A program made the translations under genes and the position numbers. The notes under the pieces are model-generated. The model searched no databases, was not told the DNA's origin, and was given only the letters and a program-made list of their open reading frames with translations. This document shows positions 24,065 through 38,479 of a DNA stretch of 64,000 bases, piece by piece; position 1 is the first letter of the stretch; every line of letters starts with the position of its first letter. The stretch is from Eledone cirrhosa. Its lineage: Eukaryota. Where the stretch lies: NCBI GenBank assembly GCA_964016885.1, contig OZ024741.1:350548001-350612000 (forward strand), in the 5' to 3' direction.

Positions 24065-27000
24065 GTATCCTTTTTGCAATTTCATCATCTTTTTTTTTTT
24101 GTTTTCTTCTCTTCTATTAATGACAGTCATTAGAAAGTCAGAGAGAATCTTTTGTGGTATTCATTGCAGCTCTGTGCATTCTAAGTTCAAAATGCGCCAT
24201 GGTCAACTTTGTCTTTCATTCTTTTAAGGTTGATAAAAAAAAGTACCAATCCAGTACAGAATTAGATTCTTACTATATATCTCTTTCTTACTTCCTGTCT
24301 ATCACTCTCTGTCTTCTCCTTTGGAAGAAATTGGCTGTGTTCAGACGTGGAAAGAAGATGAGCTTTGTCAGATTTAAACTGCTAAAGACATGTATGTCAT
24401 TACAGCACCCCTAAATACCATCAGGAGTTATGGGTTCATATATACATTTATGTATTAGTGGCTACTTGCCATCAATAATGATGGCAATAGTATTGAACTT
24501 ATTTAATTTTTGGAGTCCTGGATTGGTATGTTTTATATATATATATATATATATATACCCATACTATCGCTTAACTGGTTGCTTTTCGATATGATGGATG
24601 GACTACGGAATTCTGGAGAGTTGAAGAGAGAAAAATGTGGACGCTCAGCGACAATGCCAAAGATAAAGACAAATTCACCTCGTGGACGAGAATGCAAGCA
24701 CTCCGCCTTGTTTCGGCCCAGGATGGCTAACATACCCCGCGCCCCACCGCTCCCACCCTCCAAACGCAATCCAAAACTTCAGAGTTGGTACCATGAATGT
24801 AGGCACCTTAAAGGGTCGCTCTAACGAGGTTGTAGAAATGCTTGAACGTAAGGAGGTCGATGTTTGTTGTATTCAAGAGACCAGGTGGAGGGGAGGGTCG
24901 GCTAGATTCATCGTGGGTAAAGAACGATGCTATAAGCTTTTCTGGGTGGGAAATGACAATGGGTTGGGTGGGGTAGGAATCATGGTAGCAGAAAAGTGGG
25001 CAGATAAGATAATAGACGTAAATAGAGTGAACGACAGAATAATTAAAATAAGACTTGTCCTCAATAAAACTACGGTGACAGTAATATCTGCGTACGCACC
25101 ACAATCCGGACTGCCCGGTGCTATAAAAGACAGATTCTACGAGACACTGATGCTCGCTACCTCCCAAATAACCGACAGTGACTATATAGTTATTGCAGGC
25201 GACCTAAATGGTCACGTTGGACAACATTGTGACGGCTATGACGGAATCCATGGAGGCTATGGGTTCGGTACTAGAAATTAGGAAGGCTCCAGAATTCTGG
25301 AATTCTGCGACGCAAATAACTTAACTATCTGTAACACTAACTTCAAAAAACGAGACAATCACTTGATCACCTATAGATCGGGGGAACACACAAGCCAGGT
25401 AGATTATATCCTTACCAGAAGACGTGACAGAGTGTCTGTTGTTAACACTAAATCCCTCCCCCATGAAGAATTCACCTCCCAACATAGACTGATAATTAGC
25501 GACCTCATAGTCAGGACGAGACGTACTAGACAGCGGAAGAGGACTATCCTCAGGAGAAAAATATGGAAGCTAAAGGACCCCATAGCCAGAAATAAATTTC
25601 AAAGCATATTACTTGACGCTTTCGACAGTAAGGAAGAGCAATTAGAGTCGTATAATATAGAGGAACAGTGGGAATTCCTGAGAGCAAACCTGCTGACGGC
25701 GGCAGACGAAGTCTGTGGCTGGAGCAGGCCTGTAGGTAGGAGGAGAGTAACATGGTGGTGGAACAGTAAGGTGGAGGAGTCAATTAAGGCCAAAAAGCAG
25801 GCTTGGAAAGCATGGCGGGATGGGGGAAGTAGAGAAGACTATCAGGTGGCCAGGAGGGAAGCTAGGAGACAAGTGTACTTCGCAAGAAGGGAAGCAGAGG
25901 AAAGAAAGTTCAAGCATGTTCTACAACGTGAGGACCAAAAACGTGAGGTGTTCAGGATTGCCAGGCAATGTGTCAAGGAAAACCGTGATATTGTCGGGGA
26001 GAAGTGTGTACTTAACGATGATGGCATACTTGCCATCACCGACGCTGATAAGAAGGTAGCTTGGAAGTGTCACTACGAAAGGCTTCTAAATGAGGAGAAC
26101 AAATGGGAGAAAGACAGTCTCCCCCACATCGACCCAATAGAGGGACCAGCAGTGTTAGTCCAGGGTAGTACAATAAGCAAGGCAATCAAAGATATGAAGA
26201 CGGGTAAGGCGGCTGGTCCTTCGGAAATAGTTGCTGAGATGCTGAAGGCATCTGGTTCGGTGGGACACACCATGGTCACCCGGATAGTTAACCAAGTCGT
26301 ACAGAATGGGGTTGTTCCGAAGGACTGGCGTAGCAGCATCATCGTTAACTGCTATAAGGGAAAAGGAGATGCCCTAGATAGGAGTAACTATAGAGGCATT
26401 AAATTAATCGACCAGGTCATGAAGGTCACGGAAAAAGTAATAGTGCAACTAATCAGAGAGAGAATTGATCTAGATGAAATGCAGTTCGGATTTGTGTCAG
26501 GCAAAAGTACCACAGACGCTCTTTTCATTTTTCACAACTACAGGAGAAGTACCTAGCTAAAAGTAAACCCCTATACTTAGCTTTCGTCGACTTGGAGAAA
26601 GCCTTCGACAGAGTCCCCCGTTCCATTATCTGGTGGTCTCTTAGAAAACTAGGTGTTGACGAATGGCTTGTGAGAGCTATACAAGCCATGTATAAAGAAA
26701 CAGTCAGTAAGGTTAGAATTAACAACGAATATAGTGAAGAGTTTAGTGTAAAAGTTGGTGTCCATCAGGGCTCTGTTCTTAGCCCCCTACTATTTATTAT
26801 TGCCCTTCAGGCTATAACAGAGGAGTTCAAGACCGGCTGCCCATGGGAACTCCTATACGCAGATGATCTAACGCTCATAGCTGAATCAATGACCGAACTA
26901 GAGAAGAAATTCCAAACATGGAAGCACGGCCTAGAATCAAAAGGCCTTAAAATTAACCTGGCTAAGACTAAAGTTCTAGTTTGTAGGAAAGAAAATAAGG

Positions 27001-29725
27001 CGGCAGTCCCATCTGGGAAATGGCCATGCTCAGTGTGTAGGAAAGGCGTAGGTAGAAACTCCATTTTATGTCCCAAATGCAAAGTATGGGTACATAAAAG
27101 ATGTAGTGGGATCACAGGTAAGCTAACTAAGAACATAGATTTTACATGTGGCCGGTGCTCTGGTGCAATAAGTAGCAGCAAGTGCCCACAAAATACTAGC
27201 TCCTTTAACTGCGCAGAGGGTTCTATAGAAATAGTGGACAGCTTCCGTTACCTGGGTGACAAAATCAGCAGTGGGGGAGGGTGCTCTGAAAGTACAGTAG
27301 CTAGAGTCAGAACTGGATGGAAAAAGTTCAGAGAGCTTATACCACTATTAGCCGCTAAAGGGTTCTCCCTAAAAATGAAAGGCAGGTTGTATGATGCCTG
27401 CATACGAACAGCAATGTTGCATGGCAGTGAGACCTGGGCATTGTGTGCAGAGGATATACGCAGACTAGAGAGGAACGAAGCTTGCATGCTCCGATGGATG
27501 TGCAATAGTAGTATACGTGAACGGCAAAGCATAAACGAACTAAGGAAAAAATTAGAAATAAGAGGGATCAGATGTTGTTTACTCGAGAGAAGGCTACGTT
27601 GGTACGGTCACGTGATGCGCATGAAAGACGACAGCTGTATAACAAAGTGCAGGGCAATAAAGATAGACGGTAGCCACGGAGTAGGCAGACCCAGAAAAAC
27701 ATGGGACGAGCTGATAAATTCCGACCTCACACGCTTTCACCTCTCCAAGACAATGTCACTGGACCGAGACCTTTGGCGGTACTCAGTAATAGAGAAGACC
27801 CGCCTTACCTAAATACAAAGTAAAAACCTACTACAGTCAGTAGGCATCTCTATCAAAACACCCCCCCCCCCCGTCCCACCATCTCCACCCCATCCACACC
27901 GCCCCTTTCAATGTAAAGTTATGTTGGTCCCACAACATCCAGGCCGAAACAAATGAGATCGTGTAGGTGTCACGACAAAAAAACACACAGTCCACGCTGT
28001 AAATGTGGCCGTGTAGGCAACACGGTAAAAACCTCCCAGCCCCACACTGTAAATGTGGTTGGTGTTAGGAAGGGCATCCAGCTGTAGAAAACCCGCCAGA
28101 CAGTCCACGCTGTAATGTGGCCGTGTAGGCAACACGGTAAAAACCTCCCAGCCCCACACTGTAAATGTGGTTGGTGTTAGGAAGGGCATCCAACTGTAGA
28201 AAACCCGCCAGACAGTCCTATGCGAGCAAGACAACCACTCTTGCCTCAAGTGGGAAAACCCCCGTCCAAACCCATGCAAGCGTGGAACACGGACGCTAAA
28301 CCTGATGATGATGATGATGATGATGATACCAGGATGACCAGATATGTGAACAATCATACAAACTAAGAAATTTGGGTTTTGATAAATTAATGGTTTGCAT
28401 AAAAGAAACCCTATAGTTTATGTTGATTACTAACAAGTAGAAGTGAATAAAAAGAAAAGTAATATTTTAATAATGTATATGTATGTGAAAGTGTGTGTAA
28501 ATTTTAATGAGTTACAGAGATATATATGAATTAACAAACACATGTTTTTATATATGTATAACTCATGCACGCATGGAAAGGCAGACGTAAAAACAATGAT
28601 GATATTATTAATATTAAAGTTGAGTGGAGCGTTAGAATGAGGCGTATGGCAAATATGTTGCCTCGTATTAGTTACGCATCACTTGTTGGAGTCCTCCATA
28701 GTTTGGCACACAGTAACAAAGAAAACCATGGATATTTGTTGTACTAGATTATCATTTCTAACAAGACTAAGGAGATCTCCCTACTTTATGTTACCTTCAT
28801 TCATTTCTTGTTTTTGAATGCCAATCACTTCACAGTGTGGATTTGGTGTATTTTGTTGAAAATATTTATATTAACAGTTGGATTTATTCATGCATTACAA
28901 ATGGTTTTGTTAGATATAATCACATCTAACTTGTTGGATATTTTCTGAATAAGTGCTGAGAGATAGAGATGTAGTTGCAGGGAAAGCCAGGCAGTGTGCT
29001 GGTACTAGCAAGTTTGGTATGGAGAAATAATGATGAACTAACAACATCATAGACTAGACTTATGTATTTCAGCAGCTGTTTGTATATCTGATATCACACA
29101 TAAAGTAGTCTTTGCAAGATATCAGAGGCCAGTTATTTGAAATTGGTAAACAAGACCTCTCTCTGTTCACAACAAAGCAATATGTTAATTTTCCTCTTGA
29201 GGGATTCCATGAGTTGCTGCAATATGTTCAGCCTCCTGCAGAGGAAAATTTGGTAATTAGGAGCTCTGAGGCTGTAAGGAGGTGCCTTGTCATGGATGCT
29301 CCTTGTGATATTAGATCTGTTGTTCCATTGGTCTCAGATCCTCCAGATGAAATGGGACAGGGAGGAGAAATGCTTCCTGTTCTTGTGCCTAAAGGATTTC
29401 ATACACTGAATTAAAGTTGTTGGTGTCTTCTGGATACTATCTGCTGGTTATTGAGTAAACAATATGTTCCCACAGCATAATGCTTGATGAAGTTGAGTGA
29501 TGTATACCATACTTAAGATCAAGTAGAAGTTGGCTCTAGCATGGGAACCCTGCCATAGAAATACTGCCTCAAAATATCTCATCCAACCCATGCAAGCATG
29601 GTGAGAAAAGATAAAAAAGATGAAAATTAAATAACCACTGAAAAGAAAGAAAGTAGCACAATATAATTTTGTTTCTTATTTATTGTATTTTTTGCTCACT
29701 TTTCCTTAATTCGATTATCTCCCAG
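24065..29725 (+). other. U12-type (minor spliceosome) GT-AG intron of SMG8
   Basis: 5' splice site GTATCCTTTT (U12 consensus RTATCCTTT). Branch site TTTCCTTAAT at 29701-29710, about 16 nt before the AG. Frame is restored across the junction. Confidence 0.88.
24558..28327 (+). mobile_element. Near full-length RTE LINE family A (APE endonuclease, RT, PHD-like finger), inactivated
   Basis: GTMNVGTL, CIQETRW, SAYAPQ, GDLNGHVG, QVDYIL, QFGF, GVHQGSVLSP, YADD, WPCSVC...HKRC...CGRC. Stop at 25279-25281 and a frameshift near 26530. (GAT)n tail; 5' end abuts (TA)n. Confidence 0.96.
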
Positions 29726-29840
29726 TCACATCTATGTTGGTAATGGTCATGTGTACACCAAACCTAATGACTTTAACCAACAGAATCTAGGCTGCCTTAA
29801 CAAGGCAGTGTTTGGTTACCAACACATCATGGACACTTGA
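29726..29840 (+). CDS. SMG8: SMG8 terminal coding exon
   Basis: tttccttaat...cccag|T CAC ATC...TGA. (P)HIYVGNGHVYTKPNDFNQQNLGCLNKAVFGYQHIMDT* is in phase with exon l and similar in length to the SMG8 C-terminus after WVLRFP. Confidence 0.85.
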
Positions 29841-31342
29841 AAAAGGAAAACAAAACAAGACATCAAGCAAACAAAACTGAAAGATTGACAGACAGACAGA
29901 CAGCTACTAAACAAATTTAGCAACACTAGCTCTTCTGCCCTTCCAATACCCCAAAATATCTTGAGGTTAAGTGATCCCTGGGAGTGTTGTGAACCAAGGA
30001 CATGTGCAGCTGCTTTATAATGTGCAACTTGCTGCCTCCAGGAATATGTTGCATAAAAAGGAATAATGATTATTATGATGATGATGATGATGATTTGAAA
30101 CTTAGGTGCAAGGCAACAAATTAGTCGAAAATTAATTACCATATTTCCCGCTACTCTTTTCCTAAAATAAGTCTCAAAAATCTACCATGCGTCCTGGAGG
30201 CCGAAGGTTGTTTATTATTTTTTTTTTTTTTTTCAAATTTTTAGGGTACATCCTCAAGGACAAAGCGTCTTCGACGCCAGGAAATACAGTAAGTCAAATC
30301 CAGTACTTGACTAGTACTTTATTTTATCAGGCTACCTGTCAGGATTATACAGTATAATAGAATAAAACTAATAATAATGATAATATACAGCATACTTGAA
30401 ATAGTGCTCCTAGGCATATATAACCTAAAGTACTCTCAATACAATAGAAACAATATCACTGCACATACTCAAAGTGCACAGTGCTATGTTCGATAATGCA
30501 GTGGTAACACACAATAGAAATATCGCTAGAGCGCCGGACACACTGCTTTGCAGCATAGAGTTACGGCCCTTTACATTCTGAGTTCAAATTCCGCCAAGGT
30601 TAGCTTTGCCTTTCATCCTTACAGGGTTGATTTAATCGACTTTCCCCTTCCTCTTCAAATTGCTGGCCTGTGCCTAAAGTAGAAACAGTTATAATTATTA
30701 TTACTCTATATCAATGTAAATTGTATTATAAAATCTGAAGCCTTGCCCTACTTCAAGTTCTAACTGAAGTCATTCAGTAATAGCAGATCTTTATAAAAGA
30801 ATCTGAAGGTTACAGAGATAATATGATGGCATCAAATGATTGTCCAGAAGAGATAACAGGAGTCAGACAATAGCTGTTCCTTTCATGCATGCACATACAC
30901 ACATACAGAGACATACACACATATAGCGACACATACACACACAGACAGTAAATATCTGAGATGAGTTGCTAGTCATAAGATATCGTTTGGGGGTGAGGAG
31001 TATTAACTCTTTAGCATTTACATTATTCTGTATTTACTATTGTATTTTCATGGTAAAGGCTTTATCTCACATAATCATCACACAATATCGAAGCTATGAG
31101 ATTTTGATGTTGTTTATTTTGAGAACAATACCTTAACATCAGTATGAGTGGCTGGTTATGGCCGGTTTGAAGAGGAAGAGTTAAGAGAATTCTGGCCGGA
31201 TATGGCCAGCTTAAATGCTAAAGGGTTAAACCTTATTTTTAAAGATGAGCTATCTATTTTTCTTTTAACAATATTTACATTTACAGTGTTCCGCATTGTT
31301 TGATCTTAAATTACCATCATGTGTCATATTACTGGGTGTGTA

Positions 31343-31490
31343 CATTGTACCAGACTGGAGTTGAACTAAGCAGTAACTAATACATAGTACCAAACTGGAG
31401 TTAAACTATGAGTCAACCAATACTTTGTACCAGATAGGTGTCAAATTGTGGGTTAACTGATACATTGTACCAGACTTGCATTGAACTAGC
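31343..31490. repeat. Diverged tandem repeat, about 40-bp unit x about 4
   Basis: Recurring CATTGTACCAGACTGGAGTTGAACTA-like unit. Confidence 0.7.
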
Positions 31491-32052
31491 TCATTTGACC
31501 TTGATCAAGCATGTTGATCTAGATGTCAATCTAGATCAAACATCTCGATCAAAATCATATAAGCATAAATAGGAAAAACTGTTTTATCTTTATAAATGAG
31601 GTTAATAATCTGAAAATTTATGAATTGTATTCAAATGTGTATGTTATCACATACATTCACTCACATGAATGCACTCAGACACACTCATACAAGCACACAC
31701 ATATATATGCAAGATAAGATTTAGGTTTTCAATTTCTATAGGCAGCTATCTATTAATGAAATGTACAGTGGATGTGTGTAACAAAAAGGAAACTTGCAGC
31801 TTACCGTAGGTGCACTGAAACACGTGTTTGTAAATCTCCTGCATCAATAAATTCTTCAATCTTCAACAAGTCTTGCCTAATTTTTCCTGATTTCCAGTCT
31901 CTCTCTCTCTCTCTCTCTCGAGAGAGAGAACGAGAGACTATACATTGAGTACTCCCATGATTAGTGGTCTCAGCACTGCAGACACTACACTACACATTTA
32001 TATATATATACATTTATTTGTTGATGCATGTGGGCATATATGTGCACATGTT

Positions 32053-32095
<43 letters not shown>

Positions 32096-32999
32096 ATAAG
32101 GAATAAAGATGAAATCGAAAATGCAACTGGAGCTTTTTTAAGAATATTTATTAGGTTCCTTTATTTGCAGTTCTTATGCTTTTCAAAAGTAGAATTGAAA
32201 AACCCAATAAATATTGCATTTTCAATTTGATCTTTTTTCCTTATACTTTCATTCGTGTAGGACATCACGTTCTTTTTCATTTTGAAAAAAAACCTCATTT
32301 TCTAATATATATATATTATATTTATATGTGTGTACAAATGTGTATGTATATATATGTATATCTGCATGTGTGTATCAGTATATGTATATGTATATATATG
32401 TATATCTGCATGTGTGTATCAGTATATGTATATGTGTGTGCATGTATGTTTATATATGTGTGTGTGTATATATATGTATATGTGTGTGTGTATATATGTA
32501 TGTGTGTATGTATATATATATATAGTCCTACCCATGCTAGCGTGGAAGATGGACATTAAACGATGATAATGATGATATTATCATCATCATCATTTTACGT
32601 CTGCTTTTTCCTGCTTGCAGGGGGGGGGGGGGGCTGATTCTGGCTTGATTTCTACAGCTGGATGCTCTTTCTAACACCAACCTCATTTACAGTGAGTGTT
32701 GGGTGCTTTTTTTCTGTGGCGCCTACACGTCCACTTTACAGTGTGGGCTGGGTGCTTTTTTTGCCATGGCACCTCCACAACCACTTTGCAGTGGAGTGAT
32801 AGGGACCCCAGTCCTATCATCTCATTTCTACAGCTGAGTAAAGTGGAGCAATGTGAAATAAAGTGTATTGCTCAAGGAAACAACACATCACCCAGTCTGA
32901 GAACTGAACTCACAAACTTTCGATTGCAAGGCCAATGATATAACCACTAAGCCATGTGCCTCCATATATATATATATTTATATATATTTGTTTGTTGTG

Positions 33000-33850
33000 G
33001 GCGGATAGCATGGGCCCAAGCCTTAGGTGTACTTTAAAGATGATGCCAAAATCATTTGGGCATTGCTGATGGAATATTTTCTACATCATGTAAATAATGT
33101 AGCGCACACTGAGGCGTTGGAGAGAATAGAGTTTGGGCATTTCTAGTCAAGGCCTGTCGTGCTGTCTATCTGTTTTGGGATTGACCTTTGAGGTGCTTCA
33201 ATTTTCATGATACTTTGTTTCGTGTGGGGGGACCACAGTGGACAACAGTATTCAAGAGGGAGTCGGGCAAAAGTAGAAAAGAGAAGGATAATGGTGTGGC
33301 TATCTCTTGACTGGAAAATTCTGAGAATCCAGGCTCACATTCTGCAGGCCACGTCAATATTGCTGTTTAAATGAGTGGCCCAGCTTATGTTATTATCAAC
33401 AATTACTCCCAGGTCTCTGATGTTATTGGATGCCAAGAGAGTTTCACCTGAAGGAAGGGAATATGGGAGTTTCAGTGCTTCCTTTTTTCCGAAGTGGATT
33501 AATTCAAATTTATCCTGGTTCAGCAGCATATTGTTCTTTTCCACCCATTGGATAACAGCAAGTAGATCCATTGATGACCTTCTGGAACTTGGAATCATCT
33601 ACAAAGACTCTTATGTTGATGTGCTTAGTGACATCAGTAATGTCATTTATATAGATAATGAGAAGTGGGCCTTGTGGAACGCTACTATTGAGTTGGCTGG
33701 GCTTGATTGTACTCCTTCGACTACATGGGCTCTGTTTGACAGGAAACACTTGATACATTGCAGTAACTTTCCAGAGACAGCCATGATGGATAGTTTTTTC
33801 AGTAGAATGTTGTGATCAACCTTGTCAAAGACCTTGCTGAAATCAAAGCT
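33000..33850 (-). mobile_element. CR1-group LINE RT fragment
   Basis: DFSKVFDKVDH, SSVPQG, IYINDI, FVDDSK, KFELIHFG, IRDLGVIVD; homologous to 50790-51740. Confidence 0.85.
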
Positions 33851-36800
33851 CTTAAAATGTCTTCAAAGTGATGTAGGAGCTGCATAAATACAAAGTGTGT
33901 AATCGAAACTGCACCAATGTTTATAAATGTATACACATATCTAATATTTGTGTATGTAAATTCCGAATGATTTGTTAATTAATATTAATGAATGTAAAAT
34001 AAAAATTATGTGAGGTGGCGTGTGGCCTAGTGGTAATGGGCTTACGATCATAATGTAGGTTCGATTCCTGGGCTGGGTTGCGTTTTGTGTTCTTGAGCTT
34101 CATTTCATGTTGCTCCAGTATAGTCAGCTGAAAAATGAGTACCAACAATAGCTGGAGGTTTAACCTGCGATGAACTGGCGTCCTGTCCAGGGGGGAGTCT
34201 TGTACTCTCAGTCGCTTCATGCCATGCAACCAGGATAAGCACTAGCCTAACAAATTTTAAATGGCTTAAGACAGATTCTAGACTTAAGTCTTGAAATTAT
34301 GTCAATGAAAGAAAAAGATTAACTTGAATGATAATGTCTAAATCATTTCATAATGTACAGAGAATACCAAATTTTTGTGATACTTACAATGAAAAAACAT
34401 CATTTCTTGTGAAGATGACTACAAGAAATTCAGAAATCAACACATTTTGCAGGTAGAAAAATAATTTTATTCATACTAAATATAAATTCAAAGGAATAAC
34501 GTGTTTGTAAAAAGTTAACATATTTGTAACTATTCAAGTTACTTTTTCAAAACAAGTATTTACAATGCCAATTTAATAAATACAACATTATTTTTTAAAT
34601 AATTTGATGATTAAATGTGAAATATGGAAATTGTATCAAATATAGAAATGCAAATGTAAAACTCTTTTCTTATTAAATAAATATCTGTTCTCTGTCAAGT
34701 GTTAAGAAGGCCACTGTATTAAAAGAAGCCAACTGTTAGATTGGCCCGAGGAAACAATGATCCCATTTGGTATTTTAAAGTTCAAATCCCATCTCCTTCA
34801 ACTCAGAATGCATAGAGCCAGATCAAATACTGTGAAGCATCACATCTGTCTCTAACAATTTCATCAATCCACCATCTCTTGACTGGTATTTTATTTAGCA
34901 ACTCAAAAAGGATGGAAGGCAAAGTTTGTGGAATTTGAATCCTAATGACTCTGTAGCAAAATCTGTCCACACCTTGACCCCTGGGTGACATTTAACAGTC
35001 ATTTTCTGGGTTATCTCTTTTCAGGTGTTAATGAGTCTGTGAGTGGACGACCTCTAGAGGTCAGCCCTTTGTTCTCAAGGGGACAGAGGAAATGACATGG
35101 ATAAATAGCCTGCCTTAGATCAATCAACCAGGCAGCAATTCAAAGCAGTTCTTGATAGAGTGAACATGTGAACTATTGCTTCCTACAGACCCTCTTGGGG
35201 GTCTTACAGACTTACTTTCTCTTACTCTCTCTCTTTCACTCACACTCTATCTCTTGGTCTCTCTCTTAACCAAGCCAGTGAAGTTCATGCAGTTTTCTTG
35301 GTAACAACAGAAGTTACAGGCAACAGTAAAATAGGAATGGTAACCTATATTTTAATAAAATTCATTTTCTGGTATTTAAATCTACAATCGCATTGTGAAT
35401 GACGAATCAGGGCACTGTAACTACACATCCTTCTGAATGCTTCGAAACATTACTGAGGGATTTATATGCTGCACTATAAGGACCGCATGTGATAATCTTT
35501 ACAAAGTCAGATAATAACTGCTTAAGCAACAAGCGAGTATCACTGTAACATATACCTAAATATGGAATGTTACAAACAAACAAATAACTTCCATAATTCT
35601 TGTGTATTTTTTGTATAGCTTCAGCGTGCGCTATTTTCAATAAATTAATAATATAGCGGTTTGGTGTCATCGTGGCTCATTTATATATATTCATTTTCTG
35701 CGCGATCAAGGAACTATCATATTATCATCTTATTGAACACTTACTCACTTACCTGTACACATGCAAACTTTGGTCACACTGTATCATACAACAGTGACCA
35801 CACCACACAGCAAGCTACAAGTGAGTACACATGCAACAAACGAATCAACACCACAACACAATCAACTACCAACACAACCAACCAAATAATCGCTATAACT
35901 ACACTGCCAAGGAAGTTTGTTGCAATTGAGTATATTTCATAGATACACAGATCCTCACTGCTTTCTTTAGATTCTGAATTTTACTGAAATATATGAAAAG
36001 TTGGGCAATGTGACAATAGCTTCTCCTATTAACCGTGTTACACTGAACTCACTTTTCATACTACCCCACCGAAAATCAGCAATGCTTTTATGAAACAAAA
36101 CCACCTATTTTAAAAGGTTCTTATTTAAATTAAAATCTTCGAACATGATTTTATATAAGAACCATTTATTACTATCTTAGTATAATTACTATTGTAGTAA
36201 TAAATAATTTTAATAAAACCCTCCATCTGAAATATGGTAGCGGAAGAGTTAACTCACTCTAGCCTAGTCTACCAGACTGCAATGCTCTATGAACTTCAGT
36301 ACTATAATTAGTGATAGAATTGTATAAATAAAGAGTATTTTGTGAGCTTGTAGTAATGTTTTTTATGTTCAGCTTCCTTTGTCATCTGTACTGTGAGCTT
36401 CAGTGGTCTCACCCGATCATCATCCATATGCATCATATGACTATTACTAGCACATCTGATTCCAGTCTTTCTCATTGCACATTCTCAGAAGCATGCTCAC
36501 TTCATTTATCTCTAGCCTTCGCATATCTTCTACATTCATTGCTCATATTTCACTGCCATGTAACATCACACAGCTAGCCTTCCTTTAGTAGAGAAAAACA
36601 TTTTCATCTTGTTCTTATCCTAGCTACTATGTTTTCATTGCAACCTCCTATACCACTAATTAGATCTTGGTAGCAGAAGCTATCATCCACTTTTATGGAT
36701 TTTTCCTGTGCATCTACCGCATACAAAGTCTACTTTTTCTGTTAGTCTGTCCACCATCCCAGTACACGTCTTATGTGCCCAATTTTTATCTATTCTTTTT

Positions 36801-38479
36801 CTACATATTGAGCAAGGTTACTGCACTATTGAATATAGAATCATGAGTGCAAATCTTAATAAAACTACTAATTTTTAAATTGTATCTTTAAATAAGGCAC
36901 ATAGCTTAGTATTTACAACACACTAAAGTATTTAGAAGATAGGATTTAGGAGATAGTTAATAGATGATATATATATATGTGTATATGTTGAGAATGTATG
37001 TATTTGTGTAGTCACCATTAATAGCAGTCAAAAGCAAGGTTGTGGAAAATAGCATCATACGACTTTATAATGTTTATAATATATAATTTATTTACAAACC
37101 GATTACAAAGGTTTAGCTGGCATGCCAAGAGAAATGAATAGACAAATTAATATGCTGTAAAAGAAGACGCAGTCCGGTGGCTGAAATTGGAAGCCCGGCC
37201 GCGAGTAAAGTTTGGTAGCTACATTTTGGAATATTTGAGGAGCAAAATCAAGAGATGTTTACCTTCACGGGATCTGGATGCAAAGGGAGAGTTTATCGAA
37301 AAGAAGCAGGAATTGTTTCCTCTGGGCGGAAGTCAAGATACATTTTCCTACGCTGGTAGAGATTGGCTGAACTGAGCCAAACAACGTACGGTGAAGGTAT
37401 CCCTGAGCCACAGGAAGGTAGCTTGCTACAAGTAGAAGACCTGAACTTCCCACAACTACAAAGCATGATGAGCTCCACAATGGAATACAGCTCTCATGTC
37501 TAGGATGATGTTGGTGTCACACAGACAGACATCTGTGACTACACAAAAAAGGTGATTTGATTATTTGCATGAAGTGTATTATATAATGTTGTGGAGGCAC
37601 AATGGCTATGAGGTTTGAGTTACTTATTTGTTTTGTTTTTATTTTATATCCTGTATATTGGGAAAAGTGGCTCATGTTTTCAGCAGGTTAACTGCATATT
37701 GTCGTGGGAGAGGGAGAAAAACTGCATTTATTATGGTGAGAAGGACAAGAAAAAAATGACAAAGAAAGGAACTAATTGTTAGATTGGACCAAGGAAACTG
37801 TCACTATTGGTGTTTCCATTGCAAGTGAATCTACACAAATAGTCCATCAATTGATGTTAAGACCATCACTAGTCTCTCTAAAATGTGATGGTTATATTGG
37901 GGAAAAGGTTGGAAAGAATTTGAAGAAATCAGTAGAAAGCAGAAGAAACAGAATACAAAGATTCTTTTTATGTTTACATCAGATAGTTAGTGTTCAGTTC
38001 TGATACAACAAAGTCTTTGGTGGAATCAAGTCAGCCTTGTTAAGGATAGTAAAAATTGAGGAACCTGTAGAATAAACAATCATAATAATGAATTACAATA
38101 ATAATAATGATTTCTAGTATAGGTACAAGGCCAGTAATTGGGGGGGGGGGGGGAGTCAATTAAATCAACCCCAATACATTACTGATGTTTTATTTTATCG
38201 ACCCCGTAAGGATGAAAGGCAAAGTTAACCTCGGCGGGATTTGAACTCAGATCATAAAGGGTCGTAACTCTATGCTTGCAAAGCATGGCGTCCGACCCTC
38301 TACCGATACTGCCAATCTACCGCCCTTAATAATAATGGTCAGTAATTTTGTGGGGAAGAGAAAATCAATTAAATCAATCACAGTATTTGTGATACTTTAT
38401 GTTACCTTGGAATTTTGACTCAGAATGTAAAGAGCCTTAACTAAATACTGCAAAGCATTTTGTCTGGTGTCAATCCACC

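Noticed and set aside
24065-24227. ORF read-through (YPFCNFIIFFF...) as the real SMG8 C-terminus
   Set aside because: It begins at a U12 donor and loses SMG8 similarity; a better in-phase terminal exon exists at 29726.
37187-37480. Short ORFs in a more GC-rich patch between the two genes
   Set aside because: No recognisable motif or exon structure; probably an unclassified repeat fragment.
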